Virus record (IMG/VR): IMGVR_UViG_3300028903_000001
Span: 1 to 64,000 of that record
DNA length: 64,000 bases
Strand: one strand, 5' to 3'
Source of the DNA: a virus
Taxonomy: Duplodnaviria > Caudoviricetes
Made by a program: the position numbers and the translations under genes. The notes beneath the pieces are model-generated. The model did not search any database. It was not told the DNA's origin and saw only the letters and a program-made list of their open reading frames with translations. Of this stretch, positions 18,479 to 27,797 are shown in pieces; positions within the stretch are counted from its first letter, which is position 1; every line of letters begins with the position of its first letter.

Positions 18479-19072
18479 CTATTTCTTGCCGCGTCGCAAG
18501 AGTCCCGAGAGCCGGTCCAGAGCCGACATGGCCGCGAGGGTACAAGCGAAGGCTCCAACCGCGATCCAGAACCCCTGGCTCGCCTTGGCGGGCAGGCAGG
18601 GTGGGGCGGGAAGGTATTCCTCGTCGGCAAGCACCTTCGCGTCGCAGCCGCCACTGCTCATATCGCCACCCGACTCGGCCAGGACATAGACCGGCGGCAC
18701 ACCCGACGCGATCCTGTCGCGAACCCGCTGCCTCGCCCCCGGCTCGAGCGAACCGTAAATGTTCGCGGCGCACACCATCGCGGGCCAGTAGACAAGATCG
18801 GTGTAGCCCCAAACAATGTCGCCGACATAGCCGGGCGGCGCGAGCCATGGCGCTGGGGCCATGACGGCTTCCCCCTCCCGCATGATTCGAGTCACCTCTT
18901 CTGCTTCAGACACGGCTTCATTGTACTTGTCAACTTCCTCGATATTCGTAAGCTTGCCGCCCCTGATAAGCTCTCTCGCGAACAGATACGTGATCTGACA
19001 CCAGGCAAATGGCTCGGTGCGATAGAGACTGGGTTCGATCGGGGGAAGAAATGGGTTGGTCTCGTCGCTCAT
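18479..19072 (-). CDS. Hypothetical protein with C-terminal TM
   Basis: FWIAVGAFACTLAAM followed by basic tail. Confidence 0.65.
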   Translation of the reverse strand: MSDETNPFLPPIEPSLYRTEPFAWCQITYLFARELIRGGKLTNIEEVDKYNEAVSEAEEVTRIMREGEAVMAPAPWLAPPGYVGDIVWGYTDLVYWPAMVCAANIYGSLEPGARQRVRDRIASGVPPVYVLAESGGDMSSGGCDAKVLADEEYLPAPPCLPAKASQGFWIAVGAFACTLAAMSALDRLSGLLRRGKK

Positions 19073-19094
19073 GGCGCGAGACTACCACGACATT

Positions 19095-19547
19095 TCACCT
19101 AGAGCGAATATGCGCGGCGGGAGAATCGTCATCGTCTTCTCCGTCCTCTTCCTCCTCGTCATCCTGGTCGGCCCCATCCTCCTCCTCGGATTCCTCCTCG
19201 TCCTCCTCGAGGTCGTCATCATCATCGTCGTCCTCGGTCTCATCCTCGTCCATCTCTGCGATGATGGCTCTCGCCTCACGAAGCAGACTCTTCTCGTCGT
19301 CCGAATTGGTCATTGTGAACAGAAAGGATGGGATCGTGTTGGATAGATAGTAGGCACCGTTGATTGTGGGCAGAAATGGCAGAAGTTGATACCGCGTCTC
19401 TCCGTCATCCTTTTCCCCCGTATCGACGACGCCCCAGGCCGGGAACTCGACTAGCTGCGGGATCGGTTTGCCGCTCCTCGCCTTACCCTTTCGAACCACG
19501 GCAACATCTGTCTCGTTTCGAATCGCACTGATGAGCTTGACTGCCAT
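19095..19547 (-). CDS. Hypothetical protein with long D/E tail
   Basis: AGGAGG RBS; about 40-residue acidic run. Confidence 0.7.
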   Translation of the reverse strand: MAVKLISAIRNETDVAVVRKGKARSGKPIPQLVEFPAWGVVDTGEKDDGETRYQLLPFLPTINGAYYLSNTIPSFLFTMTNSDDEKSLLREARAIIAEMDEDETEDDDDDDDLEEDEEESEEEDGADQDDEEEEDGEDDDDSPAAHIRSR

Positions 19548-19646
19548 TTCGGCCTCCTAGTGGTGGCGCACCGTACACCATTTGCACCACCTTAGTCAAC
19601 CTACCAAGCTTGCATTTTGTCAATAAATCGTGTAGCGTTGCGCGCC

Positions 19647-20084
19647 ATGCCGACACTGTACCGGGTCAGTACCAGGATCGACGAGGAATTGATGCAGCGG
19701 CTCAAGAGGGTTGAAGCCGCTCTGTCGTCTCGATTCCCGAGAGAGGATATCTCCGTTCTGATCCGAGCCGCGATTGCCGCAGGGGTTTGCCAGTTGGAAA
19801 ACGAGGTGTCAGACCTTGAGGAGCAGAAAAGGCTTGACACACGAATTGAGAGGATAACGCAATACCTCAAACCGAGAGCCAAGGTCATCGTTGGTAGAGA
19901 CGTGACGAGGGCCGACGTGGTTCGGGCCATTCTCGAGCGTGGCGCGGAGATGATTGAGAAGCAGTATGGTCTCGACGAGATGGATGTGGGTCATGTCTTG
20001 GTCGAGTCTGATGGCTCCAGAGGCATGGGAGGGAAACAGAAACGGCGCTCGAGGCGCAGGCGTCCGACCCGTACCACGCCATAG
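19647..20084 (+). CDS. Ribbon-helix-helix-like regulator
   Basis: RVSTRIDEELMQRL...SVLIRAAI, then second unit TRADVVRAILERG. Confidence 0.6.
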   Translation: MPTLYRVSTRIDEELMQRLKRVEAALSSRFPREDISVLIRAAIAAGVCQLENEVSDLEEQKRLDTRIERITQYLKPRAKVIVGRDVTRADVVRAILERGAEMIEKQYGLDEMDVGHVLVESDGSRGMGGKQKRRSRRRRPTRTTP

Positions 20085-20680
20085 ACTCGTCGCGTCGTGA
20101 AGCTGTTTCTGAGCCACAATCTACTCCCGTTCCAAACCACGTCGTACCTGCCCTCCTTGATTTTGCCTCTCCCCCCATCGACGCTGTGATAGAAGACTTT
20201 CCCCTCAAAAATTCCCTTGTCAAAGACCATGAAGGCGTGCCCAGGGTTGCCCCATGTCGCGAGAATCTCGGCTCGCCTCGGATTGCTCGTCGCAACGTCG
20301 GTACCCACGATGACGATATCTCCAAGCTCTGGGACCGAGTCTGCACCGTCCCAGGCCCCATGGTCTCGAGCCACGGTCTCGAGCCGACTCATCGCATCGT
20401 TTCTCCCCTTGTATGGCGGCTCAAGGAGCTTGTGGACTACGCCCAGACATCGCATGACGCCCGCCGCTGTCAGTGCGCATGCGCTCTGAAGCCGCTCCAT
20501 CACCTTCTGGTCCTCTAGCTTGTCTCCCGGCCAGCAAATATCTCGATAGATCTGATCACCGGGGCCCTTGCCGACCATGCGAAGCGCAACGTTCGTAGCG
20601 GCTAGGCGTACCTCGGGTTCCGCCCAGTCACTGAGCGTGTAGGGACGTTCAATGAAACCTGAAGGTGGCCAGTAATCCAT
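19991..20680 (-). CDS. Possible NlpC/P60-CHAP-like amidase
   Basis: SACAL (Cys), PELGDIVIV, GHAFMV (His), SVDGG. Confidence 0.45.
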   Translation of the reverse strand: MDYWPPSGFIERPYTLSDWAEPEVRLAATNVALRMVGKGPGDQIYRDICWPGDKLEDQKVMERLQSACALTAAGVMRCLGVVHKLLEPPYKGRNDAMSRLETVARDHGAWDGADSVPELGDIVIVGTDVATSNPRRAEILATWGNPGHAFMVFDKGIFEGKVFYHSVDGGRGKIKEGRYDVVWNGSRLWLRNSFTTRRVYGVVRVGRLRLERRFCFPPMPLEPSDSTKT

Positions 20681-20824
20681 GTGCAGATTGTAGCTTGAAT
20701 TATGCGCTTTCGCAACATTGTGAAGGCCACTTGTTGACATGCGATTTATGCGATGTTAGCCATGCTCTCGTACTCACAATCGGTGTCAAAAACCTGGCAC
20801 CCACTAGCGAACGGAGATGGAGTC

Positions 20825-21511
20825 ATGGTTGAAGTTGCGAAGAAGAAGGAAGCGCCGAAGCCGAAGTTTTGGAACGAGAAGTGCGAGGATGCGTTTCAGA
20901 AGTTCTTGGGGCAAGCGGGTTGGGCAAACACTCCCGAGGACAAGCAGAAGGAACTCGCCGGGATCGACACGAAGATCCAGGCGCTAGAGGCGCAGATCGA
21001 GCGGCTCAACGCTTCGAAGCTCGTCTTTGACAAGCGGGAAGAGATGGTCAAGGACTTGATCAGGGTCGCGTGGGGCGCGCTCGAGGACGACAGTACGCTC
21101 GAGTCCCTGCTCAGCCTCGCCAAGACCAAGTTCAAGATCAAGGCGAAGCGCAGCCCCTCCGCTTCTACCGCGAAGAAGAAGACCGGATCGGGCCGTGGCA
21201 AGATCGACGAGAAGCTGCTTCAGAAACTGCTCGACGTGCTCGATGCAGACGGCAAGACCGTGACGCAACTCGCCAAGGAAATCGGCGAGGGCACCGATAC
21301 CAAGGAGCTTTCCAAGCTGCTCCAGAAACTCATCGCGGCTGAGCGTGTCGGAGCGGAGGGTGAGCGTCGCAGCAAGAAGTACTTCCTGTACGCGGACGGC
21401 GACGACGAGGAAGAGGACGAGCCGGAAGAAGACGAGGACGACGAGGAAGAAGACGAGCTTGACGAGGACGAGGAGGATATCGAGGAAGTGGCGGGAGAAG
21501 AGGAGGACTGA
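20825..21511 (+). CDS. Coiled-coil plus winged-helix DNA-binding protein with acidic tail
   Basis: GKTVTQLAKEIG...LQKLIAAERVGAEGERRSKKYF; GGAG RBS. Confidence 0.65.
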   Translation: MVEVAKKKEAPKPKFWNEKCEDAFQKFLGQAGWANTPEDKQKELAGIDTKIQALEAQIERLNASKLVFDKREEMVKDLIRVAWGALEDDSTLESLLSLAKTKFKIKAKRSPSASTAKKKTGSGRGKIDEKLLQKLLDVLDADGKTVTQLAKEIGEGTDTKELSKLLQKLIAAERVGAEGERRSKKYFLYADGDDEEEDEPEEDEDDEEEDELDEDEEDIEEVAGEEED

Positions 21512-21517
21512 AAGGTC

Positions 21518-21820
21518 CTACCTGCCCTGAACCAGCCCCACCAGATCTGAATCGCTCATCAATCCCTCCCGCCTCCGCTTCTCAATCCCGGTCTTGAACA
21601 GAATCACGGTCGGGACCTTTTTCAGCGCATAGGCTTGAACCAGCCGTGGGCACTCATCGATATCCACATCGACCACGTTGATTCCCGGCGTCTTTGCGGC
21701 AAACGCAGCGACGCGTGGATGCAAGAGGCGGCATGGGCCGCACCACTTGGCCGAAAACACGGCAAGCGTGGTCCCTTTTCGGACGAGTTCGGAGAAGGTC
21801 TGGTCCGTTGCGCTGGTCAT
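21518..21820 (-). CDS. Thioredoxin
   Basis: FSAKWCGPC, VDIDE, VPTVILFK. Confidence 0.9.
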   Translation of the reverse strand: MTSATDQTFSELVRKGTTLAVFSAKWCGPCRLLHPRVAAFAAKTPGINVVDVDIDECPRLVQAYALKKVPTVILFKTGIEKRRREGLMSDSDLVGLVQGR

Positions 21821-22107
21821 CGTTCGCACCTGACGTTGCAGGATCGAAGCTCTTCGATCGTCGTCGCCTTCACGCCGCAACTCGGCCCCGAGCTATCGTC
21901 GGTCCAGATATAGCCGAGACCGGCGATTCGCTCGCACTTCGCTGTGCAGACCTCTTTGGACTCACCTCTCTCCGGGCAGTCGAAGTGTTCGAGCACGATG
22001 CAGAAGCCCTCGCACTTCTCGACGCCTTCCGGCACCACGGGCGGATTCGGCTTGCACGAGCCGATAGCGGTGATGATGGGAATCAGGATGAAAAATCGCT
22101 TGATCAT
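21817..22107 (-). CDS. Cys-rich lipoprotein
   Basis: Signal peptide with lipobox IGSC; multiple Cys. Confidence 0.65.
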   Translation of the reverse strand: MIKRFFILIPIITAIGSCKPNPPVVPEGVEKCEGFCIVLEHFDCPERGESKEVCTAKCERIAGLGYIWTDDSSGPSCGVKATTIEELRSCNVRCER

Positions 22108-22337
22108 GCCTTTAGTCGTTTCTCCATTGCGATGAGATGGGTGTAGTAGTCTGGGAACTCGAGCAAGTGGTCCACCGCTATTCTAGCTATCGTGTACCAG
22201 TTTCTGTCAACCGTCTCCCAGTGCTCGGTCTCCACTCCCAGTCCGATGTGGAACTGATCAAAGTCGATGTCGTTCCAGTTTAGGCCGAGCGCGTTGCCTA
22301 TCGACTCGGAGAACTTCTTTGAAGGCTTACGTGGCAT
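22104..22337 (-). CDS. DUF5661-like protein
   Basis: GLGVETEH...IAVDHLLEFPDYYTHL. Confidence 0.7.
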   Translation of the reverse strand: MPRKPSKKFSESIGNALGLNWNDIDFDQFHIGLGVETEHWETVDRNWYTIARIAVDHLLEFPDYYTHLIAMEKRLKA

Positions 22338-22398
22338 CACTTCCACTTGACCCCGCTCCAATTCCTGCTATCACTTGCCTAATGGTGGCTCGACACCT

Positions 22399-22653
22399 TC
22401 ATAATCGAGACCTCATTAGGAGGTACGCCAGCACGCCAACCGCGCCGAGCCCGGCGACCCAGACCAGGGGGCTGGTCTCTTCGTCACCAGCCTGTCTTTG
22501 AGAGACATTTAGCATACTTTCATACACCGACTTGTCCCCAGTCTGCTGGTCTCCAGTTTGCTGCCGTGAAGTGTCCCGAATGCTTTCGTAGAACGACTTG
22601 CCTCCCCATCCTGGCGGGAAAGCTCCAAGTCTACCTGGAATACGATATCTCAT
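22399..22653 (-). CDS. Small C-terminally anchored membrane protein
   Basis: LVWVAGLGAVGVLAYLLMRSR. Confidence 0.65.
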   Translation of the reverse strand: MRYRIPGRLGAFPPGWGGKSFYESIRDTSRQQTGDQQTGDKSVYESMLNVSQRQAGDEETSPLVWVAGLGAVGVLAYLLMRSRL

Positions 22654-23426
22654 TGCGCCGCTCCTAACATCTTGAAGGCTTTATCTCTGTCGATCTCAAG
22701 GTACCAAAGCTCGTGGGTATTATCGTCCTCGACCATCCTCCACGCAATATTGCGACGGTAGGGATCGCCCCAACTCGATACGGCTAGTGGACCTTTGGCG
22801 TTGTACGAGTCGAGTAGCTCCATGTGCCTGCCCACGATTTCCCCGGTCAGGACCCATGGCAGCTTACCGGGAACCCAGTCGATGTACGACTCGTCAACGC
22901 TCTGGCCGATCAAGACTGGGCGATGCGTACAGGCGATGATGTGCCGAATCGCGGCTCCGTTTTGGCCCTCTGGCGCGATGATGCGCTTCATCCTAACCCA
23001 GCCCTCGACTGCCGAGATGAGCGCACCGTAGTCGGGCTCCTCATTGACGCGAGACGGGATGAAGGGCCATTTCGCATCAGTGATGAGACCTAGCTCGGAA
23101 ACCACCGCAGCGGCATCGGGCGGGCGGCAGCCGAAATCGACAAGTCTGTCCTTTTTGCCACCGTTGCTGCGCATGCGAGTCGCGAAGTATCCGGCCAGAA
23201 CGCTCATCCATTTAGCGTTAATGCCTTCGTAGCGAAGCGTGTTGTATATCGCGTTGACGAATGCCCACCACACGCAGCTATTGGTGACGGTCTGGTTGCC
23301 ACCGATCCGTGAGAAGCGTTGGAGATGCACGTCTTCGCTGGGCGTGTTGGCGTCAAGCGCCCCAACGCTTCCCCACGGTGCGATCTCTTTTGGCGTAGGC
23401 TCGAGGCCGAACTTCACATTGCGCAT
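22650..23426 (-). CDS. Papain-like (C1) cysteine peptidase
   Basis: NQTVTNSCVWWA (Q/C), GRHMELL (H), SSWG. Confidence 0.7.
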   Translation of the reverse strand: MRNVKFGLEPTPKEIAPWGSVGALDANTPSEDVHLQRFSRIGGNQTVTNSCVWWAFVNAIYNTLRYEGINAKWMSVLAGYFATRMRSNGGKKDRLVDFGCRPPDAAAVVSELGLITDAKWPFIPSRVNEEPDYGALISAVEGWVRMKRIIAPEGQNGAAIRHIIACTHRPVLIGQSVDESYIDWVPGKLPWVLTGEIVGRHMELLDSYNAKGPLAVSSWGDPYRRNIAWRMVEDDNTHELWYLEIDRDKAFKMLGAAQ

Positions 23427-23438
23427 CTCATCAAACCT

Positions 23439-23846
23439 CTACTTGGTCAGCAGGTACGCTCTGGGATCCGCGACAGGCGATCCTCCGACCCCACCGAACG
23501 TGGACAGGAAGGTGCGAACGACCTCCCATGCCTGCGCGAAGGCTTGGAAGATGCCGGGAAGATCGGGCTGGGAACAAGCCTCGGCTGACGCATGCAGCAT
23601 CGACTCGGAGACGCGAAGCGCGCTCCTGGCCTGCGCCAACGCGGCAATCGCCTTGGTCTTTTCTCCGCTCTCTGGAAACGCATCGATGGCGACCTGGGCC
23701 TGCGCCAAGGCGTCCTGCGCCTCGTTGATGAGGACGTTGCCCTGCGCCAGCACGGGGAGCGCCTTGGCGCATGCCGCGTCGAGGTGAGCGCAGGAGGGGA
23801 GCGCGGTTACGAGAGTTGAGAGCAGAAAGAGTTGACACAGCCTCAT
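23439..23846 (-). CDS. Helical lipoprotein
   Basis: Lipobox-like LPSC; Ala-rich coiled coil. Confidence 0.6.
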   Translation of the reverse strand: MRLCQLFLLSTLVTALPSCAHLDAACAKALPVLAQGNVLINEAQDALAQAQVAIDAFPESGEKTKAIAALAQARSALRVSESMLHASAEACSQPDLPGIFQAFAQAWEVVRTFLSTFGGVGGSPVADPRAYLLTK

Positions 23847-24160
23847 TGTCGTTTTCCTTTCAGCGGCAAATTAATCGAACGTGTACTCCCGCAAATGCAG
23901 TTTCTAAGCTCGACCCTTTCCTCACTATCGGACATCTCTCCGATGAGTTCTAGAGAGTTCCATTCGTCTCGCGTATAGAATCTGCCGCAGGAGCAGACAT
24001 TTACTACCTTGGACCGCATCTTTTCATACCTACGAGATCTCTCAGCAGCCCATACTATCACATCCATCGTGGTGTAATTGACCCTATCTAGGCTACTGCG
24101 ACAATACCTGCACAGTAAGCATCTATGGTCGATCCGTCGCTGACAGACAACACAATGCAT
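23843..24160 (-). CDS. Cys-rich Zn-finger protein
   Basis: CVVC..CRYC, CSCG, CICG. Confidence 0.55.
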   Translation of the reverse strand: MHCVVCQRRIDHRCLLCRYCRSSLDRVNYTTMDVIVWAAERSRRYEKMRSKVVNVCSCGRFYTRDEWNSLELIGEMSDSEERVELRNCICGSTRSINLPLKGKRQ

Positions 24161-24164
24161 CCGC

Positions 24165-25016
24165 TTACTTCTTCTTCGCCGTCGCGGCCCACCAGACCAA
24201 AGCGCCGATTCCCACCGCACCGAGTCCCAGCCAGAGTGCGGTATTGCCTTCCTCTTTCTCCTCCTCCGGCTTAGGTTCGTTTCGCATCTGTGAGGAGTCG
24301 AAACGGGATGACTCGTCCCATTGTACCTTTTCTGGACTGAATTCGTCACCTAGCGGAGGCGCATCAGGATCCGGTTTTCGTTCCACTATCTCTGGCAGCT
24401 TCTCAGTCTCCGCTTCAACCTTTGCCGAATCCTCTTTGGTTGGGGCGAGAGGAGACAGTGAAATCGATGGGTCTGTGACCTTGCCAGGTCTTCTTCCGGC
24501 AGACAGATCAACAGTCTTTTTGATAGGAGCAATAGTCTTCCCACCTGGGATATTGATCTTTTCTTTCTCATCCCCACCTATGGGCCACTGACCAGTGCCG
24601 CTAGGATGATCGTCCTCGCCCTTTTCCTTCCCACTAAGATCGACTCCCCAACTAGAACTTTGCTGCCCACTCGAACCTTCGATAACCTGCGGCTCCTCTG
24701 CGTGTGATACATACTTGAATTGGTACCATATGCCACGCTTTTGGTCGTTGAATGAAAGGGACATATTTGCATCGGTACAGTATGTGCCAGATTCAGGCTT
24801 CCATTTTCCATAAAGCCAAATCGTTTTGTACCCATCGACCTGACCACGTATTGATACGGGGAAGTTAGCCTGTTCGCTTTCATGGAGTTGGCCATCCCAT
24901 TTCTGAGTAAGATATGCGCCTATACCCTCCAAGAGCTTTTCGTTACTGATGCCAGCGGATGATACCCTGAACTTGACAAAGTACTTCGCGCCCTGCTTCA
25001 AGTAGATGTTCGCCAT
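24165..25016 (-). CDS. Virion membrane protein, C-terminal TM
   Basis: ALWLGLGAVGIGALVWWAATAKKK. Confidence 0.7.
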   Translation of the reverse strand: MANIYLKQGAKYFVKFRVSSAGISNEKLLEGIGAYLTQKWDGQLHESEQANFPVSIRGQVDGYKTIWLYGKWKPESGTYCTDANMSLSFNDQKRGIWYQFKYVSHAEEPQVIEGSSGQQSSSWGVDLSGKEKGEDDHPSGTGQWPIGGDEKEKINIPGGKTIAPIKKTVDLSAGRRPGKVTDPSISLSPLAPTKEDSAKVEAETEKLPEIVERKPDPDAPPLGDEFSPEKVQWDESSRFDSSQMRNEPKPEEEKEEGNTALWLGLGAVGIGALVWWAATAKKK

Positions 25017-25025
25017 ACCTATCCC

Positions 25026-25691
25026 TCACAGCAGCTTCAGAGCCGCCACTACAATCGTCCCTATCGTTGTGACGAGGGCAACGAAGATGCCTCCGTACAT
25101 GCCGTATCTCGCAGTCTTGGTCTTCTCGGTCTCATCGGTCCAGCGCTGCTTCGCCTCGGCCACAGCGCTTTTCTCTCTCTCATGGATCTTGCGCTCTATG
25201 AGTAGGCTATCCACCTTCTTCTCAAGGTCGACTCTAGCGCTGCGCTCTTTGGTCAATACCGCCTTGACCTCTTTGCCGCTCATCACGCTGATGATACTGG
25301 TGTCGATGTCGAACTCGTCCTCGACAAGGTCTGCCATCTTGACGTCGATGTCTTCATGCCGCGAGTCGCACATGATCTTATGCTTCCCCAGGGTCGAGTC
25401 AAAGTCGGCCATCTTGTCGAAGATCGACTTGTACGCACTGGTCAAGCCAGATACAGACGAGTCTATCTTTGTTACCTTGGCAAGCAGGTTGCCGTACGAC
25501 TCGGAAAGGTCCCCTACACCTTTCACGACGAGGTCAAGCTTCCCCTCGATGGCTTTGCTCGACATGCTCCCCTCCCGCTCTATCGAGGCAATGCGCTTGG
25601 AATGTTCGGCCAGTAGCTTGCTGTGATGCACATGCAGCTTGGCACATGATCCATTTCCAGGCTCTTCCTCTGGGTCTTGATACGGGTTCAC
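25026..25691 (-). CDS. Coiled-coil protein with C-terminal TM
   Basis: Heptad-rich; YGMYGGIFVALVTTIGTIVVAAL. Confidence 0.7.
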   Translation of the reverse strand: MNPYQDPEEEPGNGSCAKLHVHHSKLLAEHSKRIASIEREGSMSSKAIEGKLDLVVKGVGDLSESYGNLLAKVTKIDSSVSGLTSAYKSIFDKMADFDSTLGKHKIMCDSRHEDIDVKMADLVEDEFDIDTSIISVMSGKEVKAVLTKERSARVDLEKKVDSLLIERKIHEREKSAVAEAKQRWTDETEKTKTARYGMYGGIFVALVTTIGTIVVAALKLL

Positions 25692-26071
25692 CGCTTGGCC
25701 TCCTCGTGGTCCGGTTTGGTTGGAGCCTCGTTTCTCGAGAAGGTCGGCGGCACGGTGGGCCGGTCCATTGGGAGGATCGGAGGTGCCTTCACCTTGCTCA
25801 AGACTCGAAATAGGTAACTGTCCCCACCCACAGCGATCAGGGCCGACATGAGCCCGACCAGTCCCGCATCAAGCCATTGCGACACCGAGGCTGGTTTCAC
25901 GAGCAGTCCCACGATGAGAAGTCCAAAGGCAAGCGAGGTAACGAGCGTTTTCCAGCCCGATAGACCTGGGATATGCGCCTTGGCAGCCGCGATTGTCGGC
26001 ACCAAGAGAAGCGAGATCCAAACCGCGAATCCGGCCAGGTCCTTGAAGCGTTCGACGTAGACAGGTTCCAT
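25688..26071 (-). CDS. Holin-like multi-TM protein
   Basis: Three hydrophobic segments and a charged C-tail, near peptidoglycan hydrolase. Confidence 0.5.
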   Translation of the reverse strand: MEPVYVERFKDLAGFAVWISLLLVPTIAAAKAHIPGLSGWKTLVTSLAFGLLIVGLLVKPASVSQWLDAGLVGLMSALIAVGGDSYLFRVLSKVKAPPILPMDRPTVPPTFSRNEAPTKPDHEEAKR

Positions 26072-26077
26072 TGATAT

Positions 26078-26647
26078 CTACCACCTCTTTTGAATCACTG
26101 CCGCGCCGATCCCCAGCGTGACAGCGGCGAGCCCCATCTTCCACCACGACCAGAACGGCTTCTCTTCCTCTACCGGATCGGATAGGTAGGTGTAAGCGGA
26201 GTCGGCCCAGACATCAGATTTACAGCAGCCCTCGTGCTCGCTTTCCGAGACGCAGTAGGTCATCGCGTTCGGTGAGCCGTGAACGATCCATGGGGCCCCG
26301 TCTCCCCCCTGCATCGCTTGACGAATTGACTCTCTCCCCTTGTCATTCTGCGCCATGTACCAGTTGGCGAAGCACGCCATTCTCGGCCAGTCGATGCGGC
26401 AAGTGCCGTCACTGTCTCGCCACGCGCCGGGAACCACTTGCCCCGCATCCATAGCCATCATGCAGTACTGAATCGCATCATCGATCTCTTTGGGGACAGA
26501 CGTGGATTTGCCGTCTCTCAGCCCATCATCGAGCTTCTTGACCGCTTCGTTGCCGAGGACGTTCCTGGTCCACTCTCTTACAAACGTGAGATGAATCTGG
26601 CTTCCAATGTCCTGACTGAAGATGTCGATCTGGCACGTCATTGTCAC
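26078..26647 (-). CDS. Membrane protein, C-terminal TM
   Basis: WWKMGLAAVTLGIGAAVIQKRW. Confidence 0.65.
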   Translation of the reverse strand: MTMTCQIDIFSQDIGSQIHLTFVREWTRNVLGNEAVKKLDDGLRDGKSTSVPKEIDDAIQYCMMAMDAGQVVPGAWRDSDGTCRIDWPRMACFANWYMAQNDKGRESIRQAMQGGDGAPWIVHGSPNAMTYCVSESEHEGCCKSDVWADSAYTYLSDPVEEEKPFWSWWKMGLAAVTLGIGAAVIQKRW

Positions 26648-27249
26648 AGCCTGCTTTGCTTGATGAGCTTGTTTGCGAAGTGATAGGCGATAGCTCCGAC
26701 GAATGCCGATGCCACGATTTTCGCCACGCTGAAGTCGGACTCTTGCCCCCCGACGATCTTGACCGAGACGATACCGGGCGGATACGCAGCGTTGGCGTTG
26801 TAATGGTCGATCTGCTTCTGGCAGATATTCACGTCATTGCTGCGGTCGGGACAGAGATCATTCATGGACAGGCCGGGGTGATACTCGAAATGCACCGCGT
26901 CGCGGCCCCACGAGAAGTGCCCGCCCCAGATAAGGCCAAAGTCCCTGCCTATCTCACCCAGTCTATCATATCTCGGGTCACTGCCGTCTGTGACCGCTGA
27001 TCCGTTTTCGTCAAGGACAAGGACGTCGAAGGCGCGGCCCCAGACATGCCAGCTTCTACAGCCCGAGGCTCCGCTGATGACGGCTCCCGGCTCGGTTCTT
27101 CCCTGCGCATAGATCCGAGTCTGCTCCTCGCATGTTCTTAGCGTGGAGATGACTTTGGTTCTGAGCCCCTGCGATTCCGCCGCTTCAAGGAAGCGCTTCG
27201 CCACCTCGAGTGTGTCGGCAGTGAGGTCCTCAAGCCTGACGCTTGCCAC
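26644..27249 (-). CDS. M15-family peptidoglycan peptidase (L-Ala-D-Glu type) with C-terminal TM
   Basis: LRTCEEQ..YAQGRT, SWHVWGRAFD, WGG.F...DAVHFE. Confidence 0.9.
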   Translation of the reverse strand: MASVRLEDLTADTLEVAKRFLEAAESQGLRTKVISTLRTCEEQTRIYAQGRTEPGAVISGASGCRSWHVWGRAFDVLVLDENGSAVTDGSDPRYDRLGEIGRDFGLIWGGHFSWGRDAVHFEYHPGLSMNDLCPDRSNDVNICQKQIDHYNANAAYPPGIVSVKIVGGQESDFSVAKIVASAFVGAIAYHFANKLIKQSRL

Positions 27250-27252
27250 GGC

Positions 27253-27618
27253 TTATTCCCTCCCCGAAGCGCGCCTGCGCCAGCGCCTAGTGTCGTGACT
27301 CGGACAGGTATGCTCACCATGGCTACGGAGCCAGGTTGAGGCTAGGAAAGAGACGAGGGAGGTTGAAAATCCCATGACGAGACAATCATAGAGCATGTCC
27401 AGGCTTAGGGAAATGTTGCTGGGGCAGAATGCTCGAGAAATGAGCCCGGCCCAGAAGCCGAAGCACATCGAGCAGTAGAATGGGCAGGGAAGCTTTAGGC
27501 CGAGGGTTCTGAGCAGCCTACAGCCGAAGAAGCGCAGGGGCCAGGCGATGTGTGACAGCGTCACTACCAGCGTCAGCCCCACGGCTCCGAGAAGGCAGGG
27601 GAAGAAATGAGTCACCAC
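27253..27618 (-). CDS. DUF1360-like membrane protein
   Basis: Hydrophobic with CSMCFGFW. Confidence 0.5.
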   Translation of the reverse strand: MVTHFFPCLLGAVGLTLVVTLSHIAWPLRFFGCRLLRTLGLKLPCPFYCSMCFGFWAGLISRAFCPSNISLSLDMLYDCLVMGFSTSLVSFLASTWLRSHGEHTCPSHDTRRWRRRASGRE

Positions 27619-27792
27619 TCATCCCTTGGCGTATCCCTGCTCGATGAGGAACCTTGCGAGCTTCTCGGCACTCTCGGGTCGCAAGACGAGAGAAAAGGTG
27701 CCCTCGCTCAGCGTGACGCTTCGATCCTCGTTGATCTCTGCATCGGGGCAGCAGCCGTTGCCGCTACAGTCGAGACTGGTCTTATGCATCAT
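27619..27792 (-). CDS. Small protein not in the ORF track (57 aa, MMHKTSLDCSGNGCCPDAEI...)
   Basis: Translated by hand; GAGG RBS; fills the gap between genes. Confidence 0.6.
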   Translation of the reverse strand: MMHKTSLDCSGNGCCPDAEINEDRSVTLSEGTFSLVLRPESAEKLARFLIEQGYAKG

Positions 27793-27797
27793 TCACC

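Noticed and set aside
18432-18848. N-terminal extension of the 1236-aa ORF
   Set aside because: Overlaps the gene at 18479-19072 in another frame; MATKTT at 18431 is the more plausible start
20795-20812. Second sigma54 promoter (TGGCAC CCACT AGCG)
   Set aside because: The -12 GC is off by one base
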